From a virus (lineage: Duplodnaviria > Caudoviricetes): a stretch of DNA of 26,997 nt. The notes below the pieces were generated by a model. The model saw nothing but the letters and a program-made list of their open reading frames with translations. It was not told where the DNA came from and searched no databases. The DNA is taken from positions 1 through 26,997 of IMG/VR virus record IMGVR_UViG_3300036985_001589, one strand, 5' to 3'. Below, piece by piece: positions 1-8,523 of the stretch (positions are counted from its first letter, which is position 1; every line of letters begins with the position of its first letter). A program made the position numbers and the translations under genes.

Positions 1-127
1 GACCATCGGCTCTTCGTGTAGATCTTAGACCATCGGCTCTTCGTGTAGATCTTAGACCATCGGCTCTTCGTGTAGATCTTAGACCATCGGCTCTTCGTGT
101 AGATCTTAGACCATCGGCTCTTCGTGT
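1..127. repeat. Perfect 27-bp tandem repeat (GACCATCGGCTCTTCGTGTAGATCTTA), 4 full copies plus a 19-bp partial; may continue left of the window
   Basis: Identical units at 1-27, 28-54, 55-81 and 82-108, partial unit at 109-127; no spacers. Confidence 0.97.
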
Positions 128-163
128 TAACTATCACAATCAATTATCATAAATCAAAATCAC

Positions 164-235
164 TAAGAGCATAAGGACTCGTTACCAATTTGATAAAAGC
201 TTAAGAGCATTATAAGGACTCGTTACCAATTTGAT
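164..235. repeat. Direct repeat pair with 24-bp identical core ATAAGGACTCGTTACCAATTTGAT
   Basis: Core at 171-194 and 212-235; both copies are also preceded by TAAGAGC. Confidence 0.93.
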
Positions 236-308
236 TAAGGTCAAAGGCAGTAAGCAGTGACCCCATGCACCCGAAATATATAATTAGACCGGGGCTGTCT
301 TACATACT

Positions 309-379
309 ATTACGCTCAGCCAAATTCTATTTTTCAAAATTTAATACATTACGCTCAGCCAAATTCTATTTTTCAAAAT
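309..379. repeat. 32-bp direct repeat pair ATTACGCTCAGCCAAATTCTATTTTTCAAAAT (period 39)
   Basis: Identical copies at 309-340 and 348-379. Confidence 0.95.
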
Positions 380-471
380 CTAAAATAATATTTACAAAAA
401 GTCAACACCCAATCCACGTGCCCCTACAGCACCCCCGCCCTTTAAATAAAACACTTGCTAAAAAATAATAT

Positions 472-500
472 TTGCAAAAATATAAAACACATGGTACAAA
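472..500 (+). promoter_or_regulatory. Possible sigma70-type promoter for the packaging operon
   Basis: TTGCAA (472-477), 17-nt spacer, then TG-n-TACAAA (495-500) in AT-rich DNA ahead of the first gene; the -10 is imperfect. Confidence 0.35.
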
Positions 501-534
501 TAGTAAACAAACTACACCCTAACCTGTAGACAGA

Positions 535-1005
535 ATGCCTAGACATATAAATTCAGACGCAATAGATGTTATTTTTGACTCTAATGACAAGTCAAAAATA
601 CTATATACCAGCGAAGCACATGCAAGTGCTCCCCCCATGTTAAGCGAGAAAGTGGCGTTAGAGTCCATACTCGCTCGCTACGACTATCAATTAGTTAATT
701 CTACCAATCAGATGCGCCAGTTCATATTGGCAAACCTGTTTAGATTAGCAGAAAATAGCGAGGACGAAAAGACCAAACTTAAAACCTTAGAGACACTAGG
801 CCGTGTTACAGAGATAGGTCTATTTACAAATAAAATAGAAATTGCTATTGCTGATAAACCAACATCTGATCTAGAGGTTGAACTCAGGGGCCTATTAAAA
901 AACTACGCCAAGACTGAAAAGCAAGTCGTGGAAGAAATTAGCGATGAAGAACTGCGAGGATACGATCAGATTGAAGAAGATGATCTGATGGACGACTCTG
1001 AGTGA
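535..1005 (+). CDS. Putative terminase small subunit
   Basis: 156-aa helical protein with acidic tail; its stop overlaps the terL start (GTGA); assignment is mainly positional. Confidence 0.6.
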   Translation: MPRHINSDAIDVIFDSNDKSKILYTSEAHASAPPMLSEKVALESILARYDYQLVNSTNQMRQFILANLFRLAENSEDEKTKLKTLETLGRVTEIGLFTNKIEIAIADKPTSDLEVELRGLLKNYAKTEKQVVEEISDEELRGYDQIEEDDLMDDSE

Positions 1006-2534
1006 GCGGACCTTTAGGTAATATCTCTTTAGATGAGGCGTTTCTTACCGCTGCGCTTAACTCTGCACCTGCAAGTGAACGAGCAAAGCTTATAGCCTTG
1101 ATTGATGAACTACGTAAACGCCACGAGCGTGACTTTGCACAAGAAAACTTCCTTGCATTTGTACAGAAGGTCTGGCCTGATTTTATCTATGGGCGCCATC
1201 ATGCAAGAATGGCACAAGAGTTTGAGAACGTAGTTAACGGCAAAAATAAGCGGCTTATTATTAACCTCGGTCCGAGGCACACAAAGTCAGAGTTTGGGTC
1301 GTACCTACTCCCTGCATGGTTTTTAGGCAAGTATCCTAAAAAGAAGATCATACAGTGCTCACACACATCCGAACTTGCTGTAGGCTTCGGACGTAAGGTC
1401 CGAAACTTAGTGTCTAATCCGTTGTATCAAGAAGTGTTCCCCGGTGTGGAACTACAGGCTGACTCAAAGGCAGCTGGTAGATGGAACACCAGTGCGGGTG
1501 GTAACTACTTTGCGATCGGGGTAAGTGGTGCTGTAACAGGTATTGGTGCGGACATACTGATTATTGATGATCCACACTCGGAACAAGAGGCTGCAATAGC
1601 GGCAAGTAACCCTGAGATTTATGATAAGGTGTACGAATGGTACACATCAGGTCCAAGACAGCGGTTACAACCCGGTGGGGCAATCATTATCATCCAGACT
1701 CGCTGGTCTAAGCGAGATTTAACTGGACAAGTTAAACAAAAGGAGTTAGCAGGTGGTGGAGATAAGTGGCGTGTTGTAGAATTACCTGCTATTCTACCGT
1801 CAGGTAAGCCATTATGGCCTGAGTTTTGGAGTATTGAGGAGCTAGAGTCCACTAGAAACGCAATTGACGTCTCTAAATGGCAAGCTCAGTATCAGCAAAA
1901 TCCAACTTCTGAAGAAGGGGCTATCGTAAAACGGGAATGGTGGCAACGCTGGGAAAAAGAAACCCCGCCACCTACCGATTTTGTACTTCAAACGTGGGAT
2001 ACTGCGTTTGAAAAACATAACAGAGCCGATTATTCGGCATGTATTACATGGGGTGTGTTTTACCACCCTGACGAAAACGGTGTTAGTCAAGCTAATATTA
2101 TTATGCTGGACGCAAAGCGTGATCGTATGGAGTTTCCTAGGCTCAAGGAAGTCGTATTAGAGGAATATAAATATTGGGAACCTGATGCCTTGATTATAGA
2201 AAAGAAAGCCTCTGGTGCCCCTTTAATTTACGAATTACGAGCAATGGGCGTACCTGTATCAGATTTTACACCGACCCGTGGTAATGATAAGATTTCACGC
2301 TTAAACGCTGTTGCAGATATATTTGCATCAGGCCGAGTATGGGTCCCTAATACCCGATGGGCAGATGAAGTAATGGAAGAAGTAGCATCATTCCCTGCAG
2401 GGCAACACGATGATTATGTTGACTGTGTGAGTATGGGTATGGCAAGATTCCGTAAAGGTGGTTTTTTAAGTTTGCGTTTAGACTCTAATGAGATGAATGA
2501 AGAATTTACACCAAGACAAGCAGCCTATTATTAA
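1002..2534 (+). CDS. terL: Terminase large subunit (ATPase + RNase H-like nuclease)
   Basis: Walker A-like GPRHTKS, Walker B ILIIDDP, coupling motif QTRW, YQQNP, nuclease motifs WDTA, IEKKASG and HDDYVD; GTG start. Confidence 0.96.
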   Translation: MSGPLGNISLDEAFLTAALNSAPASERAKLIALIDELRKRHERDFAQENFLAFVQKVWPDFIYGRHHARMAQEFENVVNGKNKRLIINLGPRHTKSEFGSYLLPAWFLGKYPKKKIIQCSHTSELAVGFGRKVRNLVSNPLYQEVFPGVELQADSKAAGRWNTSAGGNYFAIGVSGAVTGIGADILIIDDPHSEQEAAIAASNPEIYDKVYEWYTSGPRQRLQPGGAIIIIQTRWSKRDLTGQVKQKELAGGGDKWRVVELPAILPSGKPLWPEFWSIEELESTRNAIDVSKWQAQYQQNPTSEEGAIVKREWWQRWEKETPPPTDFVLQTWDTAFEKHNRADYSACITWGVFYHPDENGVSQANIIMLDAKRDRMEFPRLKEVVLEEYKYWEPDALIIEKKASGAPLIYELRAMGVPVSDFTPTRGNDKISRLNAVADIFASGRVWVPNTRWADEVMEEVASFPAGQHDDYVDCVSMGMARFRKGGFLSLRLDSNEMNEEFTPRQAAYY

Positions 2535-2547
2535 AGAGATTAGAATT

Positions 2548-2646
2548 ATGAATATGTTTAGACAATGTTTAATGGAATTTATAGGGTGTGCTGTACTACT
2601 AGGTGCCGCTGTATATGTTCTTAGCCTTATTACCCCAAGCTGTTAA
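2548..2646 (+). CDS. Small hydrophobic peptide, 32 aa (MNMFRQCLMEFIGCAVLLGAAVYVLSLITPSC)
   Basis: Read by hand (below the ORF-track cutoff); fills the terL-to-next-gene gap; one TM-like stretch; weak RBS. Confidence 0.45.
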   Translation: MNMFRQCLMEFIGCAVLLGAAVYVLSLITPSC

Positions 2647-2655
2647 GGAAACAAA

Positions 2656-2847
2656 ATGTGGCTAATTGAAAAGATAAAAAGTTATTTTCAAACACGCACC
2701 CAACTTAAAAGACAGCGATTAACTATTGAAAGAGCGCTGGCTCATGTAAGAAGTGAACCTATGGCAGAGCCACCAACAACAGAACAAGCAATTAGAATGT
2801 ATGACCAAGTTAGCTTAATAGGTTGTGTTGTGAGTTTTAAAATATAA
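2656..2847 (+). CDS. Hypothetical 63-aa protein (moron-like)
   Basis: AAGGA RBS in a context identical to the portal RBS. Confidence 0.7.
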   Translation: MWLIEKIKSYFQTRTQLKRQRLTIERALAHVRSEPMAEPPTTEQAIRMYDQVSLIGCVVSFKI

Positions 2848-2860
2848 TTAAGGAAACAAA

Positions 2861-5461
2861 ATGATAGATAAGAGTGTAAACCCAGCCCCGATGGGCTTAG
2901 ATGCTATACCTATAGAAGAAGACCAAGAGCCGTTAGAGATTGAGATTGAAGACCCTGAGTCAGTAACAATTAGCCTAGGCGAACAAGAGATTCTTAAAAT
3001 CCAAAAAGAAGTTGATGAGGAAAAGTTCAATGCTAACTTGGCTGAAGAAATTGATGACTCGGTTTTACAATCACTTGCATCTGATCTTATTAATGACTTT
3101 GAGGCTGATGTAAGCGCTAGGAAAGATTGGGTTCAAACTTATGTTGATGGACTAGAGCTACTAGGTCTTAAGATGGAAGATCGCTCAGAGCCTTGGGAAG
3201 GTGCATGTGGTGTGTATCACCCGCTGTTAACTGAGGCTGTTATTAAGTTCCAAGCAGAGACTATCACTGCAACATTCCCTGCGTCTGGTCCAGTTAAAAC
3301 ACAGATCATAGGTAAGGAGACTGAAGAGAAGAAAGAAGCCTCACAGCGTGTTCAGGACGACATGAACTATCAGCTTACTGATGTGATGACTGAATATAGA
3401 CCAGAGCATGAGCGCATGTTATGGGGCCTAGGCTTAGCTGGTAACGCCTTTAAGAAAGTATATTATGATCCGTACTTAAGTCGTCAAGTTGCTATGTATG
3501 TACCTGCTGAAGATATCGTTGTGCCGTACGGTGCAGCAGACTTACAGAGTGCAGAACGTGTAACTCATATAATGCGTAAGACTGAGAATGAAATACGCAG
3601 ACTACAGTATGAAGGTTTTTATAGAGATGTAGATTTGGGTGAACCTTCCAATACTATGGATGATATTGAGAAGAAGATAGCTGATAAGCTTGGGTTTAGA
3701 GCGTCAACGGATGATCGGTTTAAACTGTTAGAAATGCATGTTGAGATTAATCTTGAAGGTTTTGAGCACGAAGATCATGAAGGAAAGCAAACTGATATAG
3801 CGTTGCCGTACGTGGTTACTATCGAAAAAGGCACAAACACAATCCTATCAATTCGTAGAAATTGGGACCCTGACGATGAATCTTGTAAAAAACGCAATCA
3901 TTTTGTTCACTATGGCTATGTTCCGGGTTTTGGCTTTTATTGCTTTGGGCTTATTCATCTTATTGGTGCCTTTGCCAAGTCTTCTACTTCGATCCTTCGT
4001 CAGTTGGTTGATGCAGGGACTCTCAGTAATCTTCCGGGGGGCTTTAAAACTAGAGGACTAAGAGTTAAGGGTGACGATACTCCGATTGCTCCGGGTGAGT
4101 GGCGAGATGTAGATGTACCATCTGGTGTAATGCGTGATAACTTCATGCCACTACCGTACAAAGAACCAAGCCAAACTCTGTTAACTCTACTTCAAGGAAT
4201 AGTCGATGAAGGTCGCCGTTTTGCTGGGGCTGCTGATCTTGCTGTCTCTGATATGTCCTCTAATAGTCCTGTTGGTACAACACTCGCTGTACTCGAGAGA
4301 ACGCTTAAAGTAATGAGCGCAGTACAGTCGCGTATACACTACTCGATGAAGCAAGAGTTTATCTTACTACGTAACATTATAAGAGACTATACCCCTGATG
4401 AATACGATTATGACCCTACAGAAGGTAGCAGACGCGCTAAGAAAGCTGACTATGATTTGGTATACGTACTTCCTGTATCAGACCCTAATGCCTCCACAAT
4501 GGCACAAAAAGTCGTCCAGTATCAGGCAGCTCTACAACTAGCACAAGGCGCACCACAATTATATAACTTACCTGTTTTACATAGACAAATGCTGGAAGTG
4601 TTAGGTATTCCTAATTACCAAAAGTTAGTACCTATGGAAGATGATATGAAACCTCGTGACCCAGTTACAGAGAATCAAAACATCCTTAAAGGTAAGCCTG
4701 TTAAAGCGTTCTTGTACCAAGACCATCAGGCCCATATTGCTGTACACATGTCTGCTATGCAAGACCCTAAAGTTCAAATGGTATTACAACAAGCTATGGG
4801 TGCAAACCCACAAGCTCTAATGGCATTACAAGCAACTATGGGTGCGCATATAAGTGAGCATTTAGGTTACGAGTATCGTAAACAAATTGAGCAAGCTATG
4901 GGTATGGATATACCTAACTACGGTGAAGATGATACTGATAATCAAGTAACTATTCCTGAAGATATGGAAGTGCAAATTTCCAAACTAGCAGCTCAAGCTT
5001 CACAGCAATTAACAGGTCAGCATCAACAAGAAGCTCAAGCTCAAGCTAATCAAGCGAAGCAACAAGACCCGTTGATACAAATGCAACAACAAGAGCTACA
5101 ACTTAAAGCTCAAGACTTACAACGTAAAGTAGCTAAAGACCAGTCTGATGCTCAGTTGGAAGCGATGAAAATACAAGTTGATCGTGAACGTATTGGTGCA
5201 CAGCAACAAGTAGCAGGCGCACAAATCAATGCCAAATTGCAAGACACACAAGCATCTATTAAAGCTAAGCAAGATGAAATGGCTGCAAAGTTGGGTGTAG
5301 ATGTGGCCCTTAAAGAAGGTGAACGTACGCACCAAAAACAACAAACTAACCAACAGCATGACCATGCTAAGTTCTTAGCTGAAAGGCAACATCAACAAGC
5401 TGAGAGGCAAGCACAAAGACAAGCTGACCAAACAGTTCAATATAAGAGGAAACCTGAATGA
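2861..5461 (+). CDS. Portal protein (P22-like, long Gln-rich C-terminal coiled coil)
   Basis: Follows terL; motifs PWEGACGVYHPLL, FKKVYYD, GFGFYCFGLIHL, LVDAGTLSNLPGGFK and SPVGTTLA; 866 aa. Confidence 0.9.
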   Translation: MIDKSVNPAPMGLDAIPIEEDQEPLEIEIEDPESVTISLGEQEILKIQKEVDEEKFNANLAEEIDDSVLQSLASDLINDFEADVSARKDWVQTYVDGLELLGLKMEDRSEPWEGACGVYHPLLTEAVIKFQAETITATFPASGPVKTQIIGKETEEKKEASQRVQDDMNYQLTDVMTEYRPEHERMLWGLGLAGNAFKKVYYDPYLSRQVAMYVPAEDIVVPYGAADLQSAERVTHIMRKTENEIRRLQYEGFYRDVDLGEPSNTMDDIEKKIADKLGFRASTDDRFKLLEMHVEINLEGFEHEDHEGKQTDIALPYVVTIEKGTNTILSIRRNWDPDDESCKKRNHFVHYGYVPGFGFYCFGLIHLIGAFAKSSTSILRQLVDAGTLSNLPGGFKTRGLRVKGDDTPIAPGEWRDVDVPSGVMRDNFMPLPYKEPSQTLLTLLQGIVDEGRRFAGAADLAVSDMSSNSPVGTTLAVLERTLKVMSAVQSRIHYSMKQEFILLRNIIRDYTPDEYDYDPTEGSRRAKKADYDLVYVLPVSDPNASTMAQKVVQYQAALQLAQGAPQLYNLPVLHRQMLEVLGIPNYQKLVPMEDDMKPRDPVTENQNILKGKPVKAFLYQDHQAHIAVHMSAMQDPKVQMVLQQAMGANPQALMALQATMGAHISEHLGYEYRKQIEQAMGMDIPNYGEDDTDNQVTIPEDMEVQISKLAAQASQQLTGQHQQEAQAQANQAKQQDPLIQMQQQELQLKAQDLQRKVAKDQSDAQLEAMKIQVDRERIGAQQQVAGAQINAKLQDTQASIKAKQDEMAAKLGVDVALKEGERTHQKQQTNQQHDHAKFLAERQHQQAERQAQRQADQTVQYKRKPE

Positions 5462-5643
5462 GTGAAGGATATAAAAAACAATATGTAGTCCAAGAGCGTT
5501 TTGAAGATGAGCCTGAAAGGTTATTTCAGATGTTTTATACGTTGGAGGCTGCTGAACAATTTGCAAAAGAACAGGCAAGAGAACACTACAGCTACCCAAT
5601 ATCAGAGGTATTATATAAACCGGAAGAACTAGATAATGGATAG
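5458..5643 (+). CDS. Hypothetical 61-aa protein
   Basis: ATGA overlap with the portal stop, AGAGGA RBS, overlaps the next gene start. Confidence 0.7.
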   Translation: MSEGYKKQYVVQERFEDEPERLFQMFYTLEAAEQFAKEQAREHYSYPISEVLYKPEELDNG

Positions 5644-5827
5644 AGAAGCGGAGATTCTCTTTAAACAAATTGATGACAGAATATCGTTATTAACACAAGC
5701 GTTAGCATCTGGTCGGGCTGAAGATTACGCAGCATATAAATACATATGTGGGCAAATCCAAGGCTTAGATCAGGCACGAAGCGCCATAGAAGTACTAACT
5801 AAGAAACTGGAGTTTGAAGACGAATGA
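5636..5827 (+). CDS. Small helical head-module protein
   Basis: DYAAYKYICGQIQGL motif of the kind found between portal and GroES in such phages; coupled to neighbours. Confidence 0.75.
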   Translation: MDREAEILFKQIDDRISLLTQALASGRAEDYAAYKYICGQIQGLDQARSAIEVLTKKLEFEDE

Positions 5828-6240
5828 GTAAAATCTTAATTGGGTCTAACCCAAACAACCCTCAAGTTGTGGGGTCTGTAGACTTCTCAGCTACTAATGA
5901 AGAAAAGGCGACTCAACTGCCTACACCAACAGGGTATCGTATACTATGCGCACTACCTGAAGTGGAGAAAGAATATGATAGCGGCATTCTTAAAGCTGAT
6001 GAGACTTTGCGGCATGAAGGTCTTCTGGCTACTGTGTTGTTCGTTGTGGCTGTTGGTCCTGATTGTTACAATGACAAAGACCGTTTCCCTTCTGGCCCTT
6101 GGTGCAAGGTTGGGGATTTTGTATTAGTAAGACCCAACGCAGGTACTCGTATGAAGATACATGGTACTGAGATGAGAATGATAAATGACGACTCGGTTGA
6201 AGGCATTGTGCTTGATCCAAGAGGCATTACGAGAGTATAA
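5824..6240 (+). CDS. groES: GroES/Cpn10-like co-chaperonin
   Basis: PTGYRIL, mobile loop DSGIL, VVAVGP, KVGDFVL and MINDDSVEGIV align with the Cpn10 pattern. Confidence 0.88.
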   Translation: MSKILIGSNPNNPQVVGSVDFSATNEEKATQLPTPTGYRILCALPEVEKEYDSGILKADETLRHEGLLATVLFVVAVGPDCYNDKDRFPSGPWCKVGDFVLVRPNAGTRMKIHGTEMRMINDDSVEGIVLDPRGITRV

Positions 6241-6251
6241 AGGAGATTAAT

Positions 6252-7211
6252 ATGGCTAGGTACGAAGCAGACGATTATGAGTTCCCTGATGAAGCTGGTG
6301 GGGATGTAGAATTAGATGTTAATGATATTGATAACATCGAAATTGAAATTGAAGATGATACACCGATAGCTGATAGAAATGCTAGACCACCATTGCCTAA
6401 AGATATAGTAGATGAGTTAGAAACTGCTGACGAGTCTGATGACTATTCTGGTAAGGTGCAAACTAAGTTTAAACAGTATAAGAAAGCATGGCATGATGAG
6501 CGTAGGTTGAAAGAAGAAGCCTACCGTGAGCAAGAAGAAGCTCTATCTGTAGCTCAAAAGATACTGGATGAAAACCAACATCTTAAATCATTACTTCAAT
6601 CAGGAGAAAAAGAGTTAATAAGCACTTATCAATCCTCTGCTGAGTTAGAAGTGGAGAAGGCCAAACGTAATTATAAGGAAGCTTATGACTACGGAAATAC
6701 TGATGCAATCATCGAAGCACAAGAAGAATTGATGAAAGCAACAAATAAGCTTGACAAAGCCCAAAACTTCAGGCCTACTGCTCAAAACACCGACACAGGT
6801 GCACAATTACTACAAAAACAGCAACGTGCTGTACAGAAAGACCCGAAGGCAGCGGAATGGGTAGCCGAAAATCCGTGGTATGTTGATCCAACTAAGAAAG
6901 TCATGAGCAGGTTTGCTGTAGGAATACATGAAGACCTTTTAGACACTTACGGGGACAAGTTCATCGGAAGCGATGAATACTACAAACGTATCGACCAAGA
7001 AGTACAACGCAGATTCCCAGAAGAATTTAGCGATTCAAACGATGAGTCAAAAACTCAGCGTACATCAAAACTTAGCACGGTAGTAGCGTCTGCAAAAAGA
7101 AGCACAGCTCCTAAAAAGGTGTCGCTTAGCAAGACTCAAGTTGCATTAGCCAAGAAATTTGGACTAACTAATGAACAATACGCCCGTGAACTAACCAAAT
7201 TGGAGGCCTAA
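6252..7211 (+). CDS. Putative head scaffolding protein
   Basis: Acidic N-terminus, long coiled coil, WVAENPWY, C-terminal LSKTQVALAKKFGLTNEQYA; upstream of the capsid genes; AAGGAG RBS. Confidence 0.7.
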   Translation: MARYEADDYEFPDEAGGDVELDVNDIDNIEIEIEDDTPIADRNARPPLPKDIVDELETADESDDYSGKVQTKFKQYKKAWHDERRLKEEAYREQEEALSVAQKILDENQHLKSLLQSGEKELISTYQSSAELEVEKAKRNYKEAYDYGNTDAIIEAQEELMKATNKLDKAQNFRPTAQNTDTGAQLLQKQQRAVQKDPKAAEWVAENPWYVDPTKKVMSRFAVGIHEDLLDTYGDKFIGSDEYYKRIDQEVQRRFPEEFSDSNDESKTQRTSKLSTVVASAKRSTAPKKVSLSKTQVALAKKFGLTNEQYARELTKLEA

Positions 7212-7212
7212 G

Positions 7213-7659
7213 ATGGCTGATAACAGAATACAAAGAGATGTAACAACGCGAGAAACTTCAGCCCGTCCTAAGCAGTGGGCACCAGCTGAACTTCTACCAG
7301 AACCGGATAAACAACCGGGCTATGCGTACAGATGGATTAGAACGTCAACATTAAATGCAGCTGACCCACGTAACCTTTCAGCAAAACTGAGAGAAGGTTG
7401 GGAACCTGTTAATGTGTCGGAACAACCGCAAATGCAACTGTTAATTGATCCTACTAGTCGTTTTAGAGACAACATAGAGATTGGTGGTTTATTGTTATGT
7501 AAGACCCCTATAGAGTTTATTGAACAGCGCAGTGAGCATTTCAATAGACAAACTCAGGCTCAAACAGAAGCGGTAGATAATAATTTAATGCGCCAAAGTG
7601 ATCCTAGAATGCCGCTCTTTAATGAGCGAAAATCTACAACATCTTTTGGTAGACAATAG
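7213..7659 (+). CDS. Conserved head-module hypothetical protein
   Basis: GYAYRWIR, KLREGWEPV and IGGLLLCK motifs; GGAGG RBS. Confidence 0.8.
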   Translation: MADNRIQRDVTTRETSARPKQWAPAELLPEPDKQPGYAYRWIRTSTLNAADPRNLSAKLREGWEPVNVSEQPQMQLLIDPTSRFRDNIEIGGLLLCKTPIEFIEQRSEHFNRQTQAQTEAVDNNLMRQSDPRMPLFNERKSTTSFGRQ

Positions 7660-7684
7660 TTAATTTTAATTTTGGAGGTTTAAT

Positions 7685-8512
7685 ATGGCTTACCCTGTTG
7701 TAAGTGCCCCATACGGTCTGAAACCCGTAAGTTTGATTGGAGGTCAGGTTTTTGCTGGCTCTACTCGTGAATACCCTATCCAATACGGATATGCTGCTAA
7801 CATCTTCTATGGTGATGCTGTTACTTTAGCTAGAGGTTCTGTTGTACGTGCAGTTGTTAATACTACTGGTGCAGTTGTTGGTGTATTCTTAGGTTGTTCT
7901 TATACTAACCCAACTACTAAACAAAAGTTGTTCTCACAGTACTGGCCTACTGGAACTCTTGCTGGCGATGCTGTTGCTATCGTTAGTGACGATCCTGATG
8001 CTGTATTTAAAGCTGTTGTTTGTTCAGGTACTACTGTTGTTGGCGCTACTAGCAAAGCTATGATTGGTCAGAATATGGCTATGATTGATACTGCTGCTGG
8101 TAACATCGCTGCTGGTAACTCTACTAATGCTGTATTGGCTGTTGTTGCTGCTGGTGCCCCTGCTACTACTGCTGCTCTTCCATTACGTGTATTAGACGTA
8201 GTTCGTGAAACAGCTGTAACAGTTAGTGTTCCTAGTACTTCAACTACTACTACTAACATTACTATCCCTGCTAGTCCTGTAGCAATCCTTGCTGGCTCTG
8301 ACGTTGCATTTATTGCAGCTAATGGTCAACTTGTAGAAACAGGTTCATTTGTAACAACTGCTGTTGCTGTTGGTGGTACTACTATCGCCTTAAACTTAGC
8401 ATCACAAGTTACAATCCCTGCTGCCGCTGTTATCGTTATTACTCAATACACTGAAGTATTGGTAAAACTTAACTTTGGTATTTCAAGTTACTATACAGCT
8501 GCTGCTGCTTAA
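7685..8512 (+). CDS. Putative capsid decoration/minor capsid protein
   Basis: Ala/Val/Thr/Gly-rich beta protein directly before the capsid gene (PYGLKPV, IFYGD, GVFLGCSYT); strongly biased codons; GGAGG RBS. Confidence 0.65.
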   Translation: MAYPVVSAPYGLKPVSLIGGQVFAGSTREYPIQYGYAANIFYGDAVTLARGSVVRAVVNTTGAVVGVFLGCSYTNPTTKQKLFSQYWPTGTLAGDAVAIVSDDPDAVFKAVVCSGTTVVGATSKAMIGQNMAMIDTAAGNIAAGNSTNAVLAVVAAGAPATTAALPLRVLDVVRETAVTVSVPSTSTTTTNITIPASPVAILAGSDVAFIAANGQLVETGSFVTTAVAVGGTTIALNLASQVTIPAAAVIVITQYTEVLVKLNFGISSYYTAAAA

Positions 8513-8523
8513 GGAGTTTAATA

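Noticed and set aside
1-127. CRISPR array
   Set aside because: Units are head-to-tail with no unique spacers, and there are no cas genes in the window.
1-127. Illumina adapter contamination (GCTCTTC and GTGTAGATCT substrings)
   Set aside because: Matches are only 7-10 nt and come from opposite adapter strands; not a contiguous adapter, though read-level checking is still advisable.
265-468. 67-aa ORF with repeated LRSAKFYFSK
   Set aside because: Arises from the 39-bp-period DNA repeat; no clear RBS; probably non-coding.
1002-2534. Intein in TerL
   Set aside because: Normal length, contiguous motifs, no C...HN splice signature.
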